A stretch of 33,418 nt of DNA, from IMG/VR virus record IMGVR_UViG_3300020045_020013, positions 1-33,418 of that record. One strand, 5' to 3'. The notes beneath the pieces were generated by a model. That model was not told where the DNA came from and did not search any database. It saw nothing but the letters and a program-made list of their open reading frames with translations. A program made the position numbers and the translations under genes. The first letter of the stretch is position 1. Every line of letters starts with the position of its first letter. This DNA comes from a virus. Its lineage: Duplodnaviria; Caudoviricetes. Positions 1-8,786 of the stretch are shown in pieces.

Positions 1-80
1 GGTGGGACTTTTCCCTTTGCCAAATCAACAATCATTGTCGACGTAGGTTTTTTATAAGCATTCGGTTTAAAATCTCCCAT
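1..80 (-). CDS. dnaB: DnaB-like replicative helicase, N-terminus only (runs off window)
   Basis: Hand translation MGDFKPNAYKKPTSTMIVDLAKGKVPP resembles the Bacteroidota DnaB start (LEKGKLPPQ); ATG overlaps the initiator stop (TAATG). Confidence 0.65.
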   Translation of the reverse strand, partial: MGDFKPNAYKKPTSTMIVDLAKGKVP

Positions 81-757
81 TATCCTTTAAATAATTTTCT
101 AACTGGTTCATTAGTTTTTCCTGCATTCAATTCAATAACCTGATTATCGAATTTCTTTTGGTTCGCAATCCAGTTCGTTGCATATTTTATAAATCGACCC
201 TGGATAACATTATTTTTGAATTCTAAACCTTCCTGCAAAACAGTTGCTTCAAACATTTCCGAAAACTTGACGAAGTCATTTATTTTCGATTTATATTGCA
301 TCATTAATCTTTCAAAATCAGAAGGAAAATTTAACTCATAAAATGCGAGTGCGGTTCCTTCTCTATTCATTGTATTATTAATTGTAATATTCTCATATAT
401 AGGATTGACTTTTTCGTCTATACCTATAGACTTTTTTGTCGAGAGGGTATTAATTTTTTTGTCTATACCTATAGACTTTTTAATCAATAGTGTTTCGATG
501 AAAATTTTACGTTTATTTCCCAATTCAGGATAGTGCTCAATTTTCAAATAACCACCATTTTCGAGTTGAGAAATCCACCTCGAAATTGTCATTTTATCGA
601 CTTCATACAACACCGAAAAATAATTATTATCAGCCCAGCAAAAACCTTCTTGGTTACACAAAGCCGTGATTTCGCCATACAAAAGCTTCGCATTTGGCTT
701 TAAATTTTTATCATATCGAACATTAGCAGGAATGATGGCATAGAAGTTTGGTTGCAT
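80..757 (-). CDS. Phage replication initiator (N-terminal winged-HTH)
   Basis: N-terminus PNFYAIIPANVRYDKNLKPNAKLLYGEITAL typical of phage initiators; internal iterons; precedes DnaB-like gene. Confidence 0.8.
   Translation of the reverse strand: MQPNFYAIIPANVRYDKNLKPNAKLLYGEITALCNQEGFCWADNNYFSVLYEVDKMTISRWISQLENGGYLKIEHYPELGNKRKIFIETLLIKKSIGIDKKINTLSTKKSIGIDEKVNPIYENITINNTMNREGTALAFYELNFPSDFERLMMQYKSKINDFVKFSEMFEATVLQEGLEFKNNVIQGRFIKYATNWIANQKKFDNQVIELNAGKTNEPVRKLFKG
416..481. repeat. Iteron-like repeats, putative replication origin
   Basis: GTCTATACCTATAGACTTTTT at 416-436 and 461-481; each holds the palindrome GTCTATA-CC-TATAGAC. Confidence 0.7.
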
Positions 758-769
758 AGCGTTATTTGA

Positions 770-1225
770 TTATTTCAGCGTTAAAAACTTATAATTAGCC
801 ATTTGTACATTTACAATAGCATTCGAAGCATCTACCATCGCTTTTGCCTTTTTATAGGTTTCTTCATTTGGATTTTCAGCCAGCAAATCAAAAACTGCTT
901 CTAATTTTTCCGTTATTCGTGCCGAAACACCATTAACCTTGATTATTTCAGCCTGATGCACGTGTTCTTTTTTTGATACATCACCAAAATTTCGCTGTTT
1001 CAAAAGTTCTTTTGCCACATTTTCATCTTGCGGAACATAACAATTAGCTTCTACTTTTTGATAGAAATCAACAAAACGATCAACAGGCACCTGTATCGTT
1101 TTTTTATTCGTCAAAATCATTAAATTCGAGACAACGGTTTTACAGCTTACAAAAGCAAAATCATTGCCATCGTGCTTAAAATTTTTACCCGTTAACAACG
1201 CTGTTAGTTTTTCGTTTGGATTCAT
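770..1225 (-). CDS. Hypothetical phage protein
   Basis: 151 aa ORF in the early operon. Confidence 0.7.
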   Translation of the reverse strand: MNPNEKLTALLTGKNFKHDGNDFAFVSCKTVVSNLMILTNKKTIQVPVDRFVDFYQKVEANCYVPQDENVAKELLKQRNFGDVSKKEHVHQAEIIKVNGVSARITEKLEAVFDLLAENPNEETYKKAKAMVDASNAIVNVQMANYKFLTLK

Positions 1226-1931
1226 TTATTTTTTGATTTAATACTATTGTTTTTCTTTTCAACTCAATAAATTCAGGCATTTCCTGAATTATTTTTTCCA
1301 CTAATTCCGGTTCTTTAACACCTAAAAATCTTTTTACTATCGATGTATCGCATACAGTGTTTCGTAACAAATTTTCTTTTCGGCTTCTCAAAATAAAATT
1401 CGAAGGCTCAAAATTCAGTTTATCACCATCCAAAAACTCGACAATCATTCCCTCGGGAATTGGACCAAAATTTTCTTCGTAAATTATTCGATGCTTAAAT
1501 TCAAAATTAGCGTTATTCGAGCCTTTTCCTTTCAAATGCCTAACTTTCACTTCGATATAACCATCTTTCGAAATCCTTTCCGTACCAATCGGAACGGTAT
1601 TGTGCGGATCTTGCCCTTTCTTAAATCTCGTTTTTGCCGTTTTCTCAATCATTTCAGGTGTCATATAATCAGCCTGCTTTTTACCTTTATTCCATCCAGG
1701 CGATTGATTGGTAAATTGGGTTTTCAATCCAATTTTCGACCCTTTCAACAATCGACCAGATTCAGGACTTTTCATAAAAGCTTCACTTTTTTTTACACCA
1801 ATACTAGCGGCGTGCTGCTGCAATTTTCCAACGGTTACATTTTCAAACAAATGCAAAATATCGACCGTTCTTTTATCAGGATAATGAATCCTAATCAATT
1901 CATTTTCTTCGTCAGTCCATTTTTTACGCAT
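1185..1931 (-). CDS. HNH-family protein
   Basis: PWNKG-like and DGYIEVKV motifs, HRIIYEENFGPIPEGMIVEFLDGDKLNF..SN..LRSRKEN; start taken at MRKKW. Confidence 0.75.
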   Translation of the reverse strand: MRKKWTDEENELIRIHYPDKRTVDILHLFENVTVGKLQQHAASIGVKKSEAFMKSPESGRLLKGSKIGLKTQFTNQSPGWNKGKKQADYMTPEMIEKTAKTRFKKGQDPHNTVPIGTERISKDGYIEVKVRHLKGKGSNNANFEFKHRIIYEENFGPIPEGMIVEFLDGDKLNFEPSNFILRSRKENLLRNTVCDTSIVKRFLGVKEPELVEKIIQEMPEFIELKRKTIVLNQKINESKRKTNSVVNG

Positions 1932-2220
1932 AACCAATAGTTTTTAAAACCGCATTAATTTTACTCTCAAAACCCAAAACAACCTTTTGCATTTGTTCCA
2001 TTTCCAAAACCACGGTCGGCACGTACATATACGAGATTTGGTATTTTTTACCGATCATTCGTTTATCGTATTCCAGGTATTTAACCAAAAGAAAAACAAC
2101 CACTTTTTTAGCAATAGCATCCCTGAAACTCACTATTTCAGAAATACTAAATCCAAATTCACTACACACAGCCTGTTCGACTATTTCAGCTTTTTCGGTA
2201 TCAAAAGTGGTTGGTTTCAT
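1924..2220 (-). CDS. Hypothetical protein, possibly helical DNA-binding
   Basis: ORF in operon; start taken at MKPTTF. Confidence 0.55.
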   Translation of the reverse strand: MKPTTFDTEKAEIVEQAVCSEFGFSISEIVSFRDAIAKKVVVFLLVKYLEYDKRMIGKKYQISYMYVPTVVLEMEQMQKVVLGFESKINAVLKTIGYA

Positions 2221-2224
2221 TTTT

Positions 2225-2428
2225 TCACTTTTTTTGGTATTGTTCCAAAGCTTCTTCTTTAGTACCAACTATATTACAAGCAAAATCAAATTTTGCTTTT
2301 GAACCATCCACAGCATCAACCGTAATTGATTTAACAGCGTGAGGAATAACTTCACCACTCGGTAACATTGCTTTATGATAGCCATTTTCAGTAAAAACAG
2401 TAATAAAACTTTTGCAGAAATTTTTCAT
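2225..2428 (-). CDS. Hypothetical protein
   Basis: 67 aa ORF tightly packed in operon. Confidence 0.55.
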   Translation of the reverse strand: MKNFCKSFITVFTENGYHKAMLPSGEVIPHAVKSITVDAVDGSKAKFDFACNIVGTKEEALEQYQKK

Positions 2429-2433
2429 AATAT

Positions 2434-3180
2434 CTATTTTTGATTTTCGAAATACTCTTTTACAAAATGATAATCGACAATGTTATTACACGGAATAGTT
2501 TTAGCAGACAGGATAACAGTTTCAAAAGGTTTTTCCCGATCTTCTTCCTTCTGTTTTAAAGAAATGAACCGAATAATATTCTCTTTTGCTTCTTCAGCGT
2601 CACCCGCCTGCAAGATGTAAAGCTGTTCGTAAGATTCATCACCTTCGTAAGTAATTTCGATTTCAACTTTGTAGAAATCTTTATCATTACCATCATCGCC
2701 AATTTCCTCTTCATTTTCACTCATTGGAATAAGATTGCTATATTCCAATTCTCGAATAGCTACCAACGAAAAAGAACCTTTAATTTTTTGCTCCAAAAAA
2801 TCAGTGATTATTGCCATTGCCATTGTTGCAGAATTAGCATACAAATAGTAATTTCTTTTCTTTTTACCATCCCGAACAGCTACACAATAAACCGAAGTAG
2901 AATTTTTTACAACAGTACCAGCTCGTTGCTGATTACTAACCAAAACATCTTTAACATCTCCACTTTGCAAATAAAAATTCAAACTCGAAAGAGTATCAGC
3001 ATCAAGCAAAACACCTTTATCCAAAATAATTTCGTTCCGATCAATCTGAACAATATTCCCAGTATCTTCATCAACAAAATCCTCCTTCCAGCCTCTTAAA
3101 ACCCTTTCGGCTAAAAATTTATCTTTCATTTCTTCAATCAAAGAAGTTCTTAAAAGCACTTCAGTAAATTTTGTTTCCAT
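2434..3180 (-). CDS. Protein with RpoB-like N-terminal segment and DUF4494-like C-terminal repeats
   Basis: [32 protein letters not shown] resembles Bacteroidota RpoB [32 protein letters not shown] (from memory); C-terminal FYKVEI...[11 protein letters not shown]. Confidence 0.7.
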   Translation of the reverse strand: [248 protein letters not shown]

Positions 3181-3204
3181 TTTTATATTTGTTTTTAAGA
3201 TTAC

Positions 3205-3429
3205 TTATTCAGGAAACACTTCGCCACAGTCATTGCATTTCCAAAAATTATACGGATCCGCATGATACGATGTACTAGCATGAAAACATTTTTTGGATGG
3301 CTTCTTTTTTATAAAAATTTTCCAAAAATTTTCAAGCATTGCCCAGCAAAACCAAACAATACAAATAGAGAATGCCGCCGCCAAAAGAATCAAAACCAAA
3401 AACACAACATCTTTTAAAATCGCTATCAT
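3205..3429 (-). CDS. Small membrane protein with C-terminal Cys/His cluster
   Basis: Hydrophobic N-terminus; CFH...CNDC. Confidence 0.5.
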   Translation of the reverse strand: MIAILKDVVFLVLILLAAAFSICIVWFCWAMLENFWKIFIKKKPSKKCFHASTSYHADPYNFWKCNDCGEVFPE

Positions 3430-3577
3430 TTTTTTTTGTTTTTATAATTACACATCTTTTCATAATCGCAGCAGGTCCTTTCACTTTTGATAATCGAACA
3501 AACGACAATCGTCAAAACAAAAACATCCGAAATTCCCAATACCCATACCGTTATTGCCGAATCCAAAATTGCATTTA

Positions 3578-3757
3578 CTATATCCATTTTCCACATAATT
3601 TACAGCGTTCAATCATTTCAAATTCAGGCTCCGGAAAACAAAGTTTCATTCCTTCGCATTTTTGCACTACTTCGTTTATTACCACGATTTCCTTAATTTG
3701 CTTCGCCTGTTCGCTATCGCTCGGGTCAGGAGTAGTTTTTATTATTTCAGTCTTCAT
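3578..3757 (-). CDS. Small hypothetical protein (59 aa, CxxC)
   Basis: Hand translation MKTEIIKTT...RCKLCGKWI; overlaps upstream stop. Confidence 0.4.
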   Translation of the reverse strand: MKTEIIKTTPDPSDSEQAKQIKEIVVINEVVQKCEGMKLCFPEPEFEMIERCKLCGKWI

Positions 3758-4052
3758 ATCCCATCCTTCTTATTGCAGATGTTAATACCATTACTCTTTT
3801 TTGCCCTGTTTGTTCCTGATACCATTCGTCAGCTTTTATTTTTCCTGACAAAATCCAGTTGTTCACTGTTTTTTTATTACCAACAGGAAGCAATTTATTA
3901 TCAGCGATTTCTTTTAGCGACAACGCCTTTCTTCGCATCAGCCGTTTGCGCAGCATATCTTTGGCGGCTTCATATTCTTTTATTGAAACAATCACTAATC
4001 CGTGCGATTTTAACTTTTCTATAAATTCCGATGCGTTGATGTAATTTTCCAT
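3747..4052 (-). CDS. Putative DNA-binding, excisionase-like protein
   Basis: LSLKEIA...KKTVNNWILSGKI winged-helix-like pattern; early lytic position. Confidence 0.5.
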   Translation of the reverse strand: MENYINASEFIEKLKSHGLVIVSIKEYEAAKDMLRKRLMRRKALSLKEIADNKLLPVGNKKTVNNWILSGKIKADEWYQEQTGQKRVMVLTSAIRRMGYED

Positions 4053-4142
4053 TATCTAAAAAGGATTTGAGCTAAAAAATAAATACCAAATAACAATGCT
4101 AATCGCATTTGTGGTTTTTGATGTTGAAGGAAGTTTTTCATT

Positions 4143-4607
4143 TTATTCGCCGATTATTTGTTTAACATAACCCACATTTTTCATAACTTCAGGAACGATG
4201 CTTTCAGATTTCCAAAAACTATATAATTGATTTTCTAAAGTCAAAGGATAATAATGCATAACCAAAGCTTTGAAAGAAGTCCAGCTATTAAATCCTTTAG
4301 ACTTAAACCAAGCCAATAAATAATCACGCTCCATTATTTCGATGGAAGAAGATTGTTCCGAAACTTTAACTTGCACTTGTTGAGATTTTAATCTTATTGG
4401 CAAACCATGTATTTCACCACGAAACTGACTAAAGTCATCATATCTATCATAACCAAATAGATTTTTAAAATATTGATTACAATATTTAAAACACGTTTCC
4501 TGATTTGAATAAAATTGAAGATTTGCAAAATAAAATTTATAAAACCCAAAAACACTTTGAATTTCACCTTCTACAATAAATTGATGATTTTCAGAAATAT
4601 TACTCAT
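4143..4607 (-). CDS. Two-domain hypothetical early protein
   Basis: N-part resembles ORF 27769-28020, C-part resembles ORF 4600-4872; start taken at MSNISEN. Confidence 0.6.
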   Translation of the reverse strand: MSNISENHQFIVEGEIQSVFGFYKFYFANLQFYSNQETCFKYCNQYFKNLFGYDRYDDFSQFRGEIHGLPIRLKSQQVQVKVSEQSSSIEIMERDYLLAWFKSKGFNSWTSFKALVMHYYPLTLENQLYSFWKSESIVPEVMKNVGYVKQIIGE

Positions 4608-4872
4608 TTTTAAGTTTTTCAAATACAATTACTACCTTATCTACTATTTCTTTATCCATTAACTGACAATTCCAAAATCTTTTTAATTTAACTATATCTA
4701 TATCAGGATAATGAAAAACCATCACCCCTTTTAAAGCATCAAAAGATTTGAAACCCATTCCAAAAAATTCACGTAAAATCTCGGAACATTTATAAAATGT
4801 ATCAAATCGATTTATCGTTTCATTTTCCCTAATTGTGAGTTTTGGTACTGTTTTTGTATCTTTGTTATTCAT
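4600..4872 (-). CDS. Hypothetical protein in the Cro position
   Basis: First gene divergent from repressor; start taken at MNNKDT (alternative 4923). Confidence 0.6.
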   Translation of the reverse strand: MNNKDTKTVPKLTIRENETINRFDTFYKCSEILREFFGMGFKSFDALKGVMVFHYPDIDIVKLKRFWNCQLMDKEIVDKVVIVFEKLKNE

Positions 4873-4877
4873 AATAA

Positions 4878-4957
4878 AAACATATATATGTTTACTAATA
4901 CAAATATATGTAATATTACTCATTTAAACATTAAAAAATAAGAAATATTTCTTATTA
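4878..4957. promoter_or_regulatory. Lysis/lysogeny switch region with candidate operators
   Basis: Palindromes AAACATATATATGTTT (4878-4893), GTAATATTAC (4910-4919), AATAAGAAA-TAT-TTTCTTATT (4937-4957) between divergent genes; AT-rich so some may be chance. Confidence 0.45.
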
Positions 4958-4987
4958 CAAACACCAAAAAACCCTAAATAACTGATT

Positions 4988-5311
4988 ATGAATGCTTTTG
5001 AATTAAGAGAAAAAAGAATAAAATTAGATTTAACACAGGCAGAATTAGCAAAAATGGCTGGAGTTTCGACAAAAACTATTGCTAATTACGAAAAAGGAGA
5101 GGTAATTCCAGAAACAAAAATGGAATTATTACATAATTTATTAAACAAAAAAGAAGAATTATTACTCAATGAACCAAGTTCATTTTACGGAGAAGAAAAA
5201 AATATTATCGAAAATCTTAAGTTAGAAATTTCATTAAAAGACAAAATAATCAAACTTCAAGAAGAAAAAATTGAACTAATTTTAAAATCTGAAAATAAAG
5301 AAGAAAAATAA
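4988..5311 (+). CDS. XRE-family HTH repressor (CI-like, no peptidase domain)
   Basis: LREKRIKLDLTQAELAKMAGVSTKTIANYEKG; coiled-coil C-terminus. Confidence 0.9.
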   Translation: MNAFELREKRIKLDLTQAELAKMAGVSTKTIANYEKGEVIPETKMELLHNLLNKKEELLLNEPSSFYGEEKNIIENLKLEISLKDKIIKLQEEKIELILKSENKEEK

Positions 5312-5336
5312 TTATATTTGGTAAAAAATATACGTT

Positions 5337-6119
5337 ATGGCAGATTTTTTATTAGGTTTAGTATTTTTTATAGGACTAATAATTATCATCACTGTTTTAA
5401 GTTCTAAAAAAAATAATAAAGAAACTTCATTTGAAAATAGTAACCAAAAAAACAACACAAACACAAGTAATTGTTATGTGAAAAATGAGGTTTTCAACTT
5501 TGAATTAAAAGGAATATTTTACAATGATTATAAACGAACAGGGGATTTTTTAGGCTTTGCTAAAAACACTTATAATTCACATGATAAATATTCAGTTGGA
5601 ATTTTTATCAACAATAAACTAGCAGGATATCCGCCAAAAGGCAACTACAGACTTCACAATACCATAAATCAAATTCATAACAATAATCTTTTATGCTGGG
5701 GAAATATACATTATGATGAATTTAGAAATCAATATTCTGGAACGGTCAACATTCCGATAGGCTTTACTATGGAAGAATTAGAAAAAACAGAAACTGCATT
5801 ACAACTAATATTCGAACAAGATATTTTATCCAAAAAAGAAAATAAATCAATTGAAGATTTTTTTAAACTACTAAATAACGACAGTAAAATATATGAATTA
5901 ATCACTAATGAAAAAATACTTAAAACAATCAACTACTACTTCAACAAAAACATAATTCCACAATTATCAAAAAGATTAGAACAAGAAAAAGACTGGGAGA
6001 ATTTAATTAAATTAGAAAATTATAAATTAGCAATAAACGATTTATCAGAAAATTTTAAAAATTCGACTTTAAAAAGAATAGAAAAAGCAAAATCTATTTC
6101 AAACACTCAAACGGACTAA
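5337..6119 (+). CDS. Membrane-anchored lysogeny accessory protein, HIRAN-like central region
   Basis: N-terminal TM helix; NSHDKYSVGIF...LAGYPPK; between repressor and integrase. Confidence 0.6.
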   Translation: MADFLLGLVFFIGLIIIITVLSSKKNNKETSFENSNQKNNTNTSNCYVKNEVFNFELKGIFYNDYKRTGDFLGFAKNTYNSHDKYSVGIFINNKLAGYPPKGNYRLHNTINQIHNNNLLCWGNIHYDEFRNQYSGTVNIPIGFTMEELEKTETALQLIFEQDILSKKENKSIEDFFKLLNNDSKIYELITNEKILKTINYYFNKNIIPQLSKRLEQEKDWENLIKLENYKLAINDLSENFKNSTLKRIEKAKSISNTQTD

Positions 6120-7323
6120 TAATTTCAAAAAGTGCCAAATCCCGCACTTTTTCAGGGTATTTGTCTTTATAGAAATTATCCACTTCATCCCGTTCGTGCC
6201 CCATTAGTTCACGGGTAATATCAGACTCAATCATTAGCTTTTTAGCACGGTTCCCAAAGCTATGGCGTGCCACTTTCACAGCAATATTGCCACCATCAGG
6301 CAAAACTTCAATTTGTTCATTTTCCTGCACCGTTTGCAAAGCACGCTGGTACGAACGCCTGAAAGTTTCGTATGATTTCCTTTCTTTCTCCCAAGGAAAA
6401 AGCCATTCGGTGCCACCCACTCTATATTTATCAATTATTTTTTGCGCCAAAGGATGCACTTTCAAATCAATTCGGGTTCCGGTACTGGTTTTGGTCCGCT
6501 CAAAAACTACACGCCCTTTGCGAACTTGTCGCTCCTTGAGATAATAAACATCCGTGAGATCGCAACCCCCAAAATAAAACTGAAGTAAAAATAAATCTAC
6601 ATATTTCTGTTTGGCCGTCAGCATATTCAACGCTTCCAGTTTCGAAATACTTTCACGGTCTAGGTATTTTTTACGGCTATCATAACTTTTGGTTTTCAAG
6701 CCGTCAAACACACGGTTAAAAGGTTTTTGATCACTCAAACGGTGCATCAGGATTCCTTTATTATAAATAGCCCGCAAAGTGCGCAAGTAAAGATGTATCG
6801 TACTTTTAGAATTCCCAATACTCAAATTATAATTCTTAAACGAAATCAGGGTTTCATAGTTCAGGTTCTGCAAACTCACAGAACGTGCAAAATTTTCAAA
6901 TTGCGCAATTACGTTTTCATACACTTTTACATTTCCAAGAATTTTATTAGACCCCTTGGCATCGGAATTTTTCATTTTGGCCGCCAAATCTTTCATTTCT
7001 TCAACCAATTTTTTAGCATAATCAATATACCCAATTTGCGAAAAATCAATAGCAAAAAGTTCATCAAAAGCCTGATTCACATCCTTACACTGGTTCAGTA
7101 TGATTTTCCGAGCCTTGATTTTAATGTTCATTAAAATAGGTGCTAAAATATCATAATCCGGATGCTTTTCAGAAATCGTTTTTCCATCAACAATAAAATG
7201 CTTTTCTTTACACATACCCAAAGTTTTGGTTTTCCTTTTGTTTTGATGCGCAATTTCAACTAATAAAGGATAACCTTCAGTAGTTTCTTTTCGAGATTTC
7301 ATAAGCTTAACTTCAATTTTCAT
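6094..7323 (-). CDS. int: Phage tyrosine integrase (Bacteroidota type)
   Basis: 409 aa; SKSTIHLYLRTLRAIYN, R-x-KT, ARHSF, LMGH, catalytic Y in DNFY; adjacent to attP. Confidence 0.9.
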   Translation of the reverse strand: MKIEVKLMKSRKETTEGYPLLVEIAHQNKRKTKTLGMCKEKHFIVDGKTISEKHPDYDILAPILMNIKIKARKIILNQCKDVNQAFDELFAIDFSQIGYIDYAKKLVEEMKDLAAKMKNSDAKGSNKILGNVKVYENVIAQFENFARSVSLQNLNYETLISFKNYNLSIGNSKSTIHLYLRTLRAIYNKGILMHRLSDQKPFNRVFDGLKTKSYDSRKKYLDRESISKLEALNMLTAKQKYVDLFLLQFYFGGCDLTDVYYLKERQVRKGRVVFERTKTSTGTRIDLKVHPLAQKIIDKYRVGGTEWLFPWEKERKSYETFRRSYQRALQTVQENEQIEVLPDGGNIAVKVARHSFGNRAKKLMIESDITRELMGHERDEVDNFYKDKYPEKVRDLALFEIISPFECLK

Positions 7324-7406
7324 ATTCGTGATTTGTTCGTGAAAATGTCGTAAAAAGTGGTGTTTTGTCGTGGTAAATATAGAAATAAAAAAGCAGTAAA
7401 AACAAA

Positions 7407-7430
7407 AAACCCACTGAAATCAGTGGGTTT
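7407..7430 (-). terminator. Intrinsic terminator downstream of tRNA fragment
   Basis: AAACCCACTG-AAAT-CAGTGGGTTT, followed by a T-run on the minus strand. Confidence 0.75.
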
Positions 7431-7433
7431 GTC

Positions 7434-7479
7434 TGTGAACGCAGAAGGATTCGAACCTTCGACCGCCTGCTTAGAAGGC
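7434..7479 (-). other. attP core: 3' half of tRNA-Arg(TCT)
   Basis: Minus strand GCCTTCTAAGCAGGCGGTCGAAGGTTCGAATCCTTCTGCGTTCACA: anticodon loop CT-TCT-AA, T-arm GAAGG-TTCGAAT-CCTTC, 3' acceptor strand; no D-arm. Confidence 0.88.
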
Positions 7480-7565
7480 GTTTTAGTTTAACAAACAAGT
7501 TCTTATTTAACATAACTTAACAACAAATTTCATTTAAAAAATAGTGATTTGTACGTGATTTAAAC

Positions 7566-7597
7566 AAAAAAAAGCAGCTCATTTCTGAACTGCTTTT
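7566..7597 (-). terminator. Terminator ending the late/lysis operon
   Basis: AAAAGCAG-CTCATTTCTGAA-CTGCTTTT with A-run on plus strand. Confidence 0.65.
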
Positions 7598-7618
7598 AAA
7601 TAATGTTTTAGGGTTTCT

Positions 7619-8239
7619 CTATTTTTTCTTTTCAATTTTCATTGTTTTGCTTTCGCCGCATTCATCAAATTGAATGGCAGTAAATTCTTTTTTTCCAAGG
7701 AAACGAGTTTTGATTCCAAGAAACTTCCATTCTCTACGTTGCCAGTAAGCAACTCCATCTGACTTATTTTTAAATTCCCTATCATTAACAATAACTTTTA
7801 ATTTTTGTCCATCAAAAGAAACGGTTCCATTTACTTTTAAACATTTTGTCGAATCGGTCCAGGACTGTTCTTTTGGAATTGAATTTTTAATAGCATCTAC
7901 AATTCCAGTAACATCAGTTTCTTGCTTATCTGTATTTTTATAACGGTAAGCATTGGAAACAATACTTTCAATTCTACTTTCTTTTATTCCTGCATCTGCC
8001 AGCTTGTTTTTTAAATCCGAATTCTCATATTGCAAATAGTCTTTTATTTCATTTACGGTTAGAATTTGGCTCGTAAAACGCAAACTATCTGCTTTTCTTT
8101 GTTGTGAAGCATTTTCAGTTTGACGTTCATTTTCTTTTTTCTGAAATTCATAATCTTTATAAAACCAAACAACAGCTATTATTAAAATAGATGCTCCGAT
8201 TAGTTTTATATTTTTCAAAATAATTGATAGATTTATCAT
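7619..8239 (-). CDS. Putative spanin-like lysis protein
   Basis: N-terminal TM plus coiled coil, directly after endolysin. Confidence 0.5.
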   Translation of the reverse strand: MINLSIILKNIKLIGASILIIAVVWFYKDYEFQKKENERQTENASQQRKADSLRFTSQILTVNEIKDYLQYENSDLKNKLADAGIKESRIESIVSNAYRYKNTDKQETDVTGIVDAIKNSIPKEQSWTDSTKCLKVNGTVSFDGQKLKVIVNDREFKNKSDGVAYWQRREWKFLGIKTRFLGKKEFTAIQFDECGESKTMKIEKKK

Positions 8240-8784
8240 TAGATTAGTTTTTCGTAACGTTCTACAATTTCAGCAATTTTTGAAGCCAAAGTAATTTTAT
8301 TTTTTTGGTATTGATGCAAATCATTTGGATTTGAAATAAAACATAATTCCAACAAAGCAACAGTCCCTTGTTCGCGCATTAAGCCAAGACTACCTCGATG
8401 GCTTTCAGCTTCTGTTTTTACGCCTCGGTTTTTAATTGATAAAGTGTTTGCGCAACATTCAACTAATTCTTTGGCAAAAGATTTATCTAACCTATCAGAA
8501 TCATTTCCGATTAAAACAGTCGTTCCAGTTGCAGTAGAAGAAGCTGCTGCGTCAAAATGAAATTCGAGCACTACCGAACCGCTTCCTGTTTTAATTCTAT
8601 CTAGATAAGTTCCTAATCGTTCATCATCTTTATCAGTGATTACTTCTAATTTTTTCAAACGTAGAATTGCAACTAATAAATTACGAAATTCTACTGCCAA
8701 ATCGGCTTCGTGAAATCCATTTGCTACGGCTCCTGGATCTGGTTTACTTCCTTTTGGATTGTGTCCTGCTGATATAAAAATCAT
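8239..8784 (-). CDS. Endolysin, N-acetylmuramoyl-L-alanine amidase (Amidase_3)
   Basis: SAGH, E(ADL), EFHFDA, LLELCFISN Zn-amidase motifs. Confidence 0.92.
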   Translation of the reverse strand: MIFISAGHNPKGSKPDPGAVANGFHEADLAVEFRNLLVAILRLKKLEVITDKDDERLGTYLDRIKTGSGSVVLEFHFDAAASSTATGTTVLIGNDSDRLDKSFAKELVECCANTLSIKNRGVKTEAESHRGSLGLMREQGTVALLELCFISNPNDLHQYQKNKITLASKIAEIVERYEKLI

Positions 8785-8786
8785 AA

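Larger units (their letters stand above)
7328..7558. repeat. Arm-type integrase binding repeats flanking att core
   Basis: GTGATTTGTTCGTGA (7328-7342) and GTGATTTGTACGTGA (7544-7558). Confidence 0.65.

Noticed and set aside
1491-4044. Plus-strand ORFs over early genes, and similar antisense ORFs across structural genes
   Set aside because: Shadow frames of well-supported minus-strand genes with no motifs
6094-7323. Integrase inactive because box I reads GCDLTD and box II KVARH
   Set aside because: Such substitutions occur in Bacteroidota integrases, the ORF is intact and attP is formed
7434-7479. Functional tRNA gene
   Set aside because: D-arm and 5' acceptor strand are absent; it is an att core
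7313-7513. 66 aa ORF upstream of int
   Set aside because: It spans the att core and terminator
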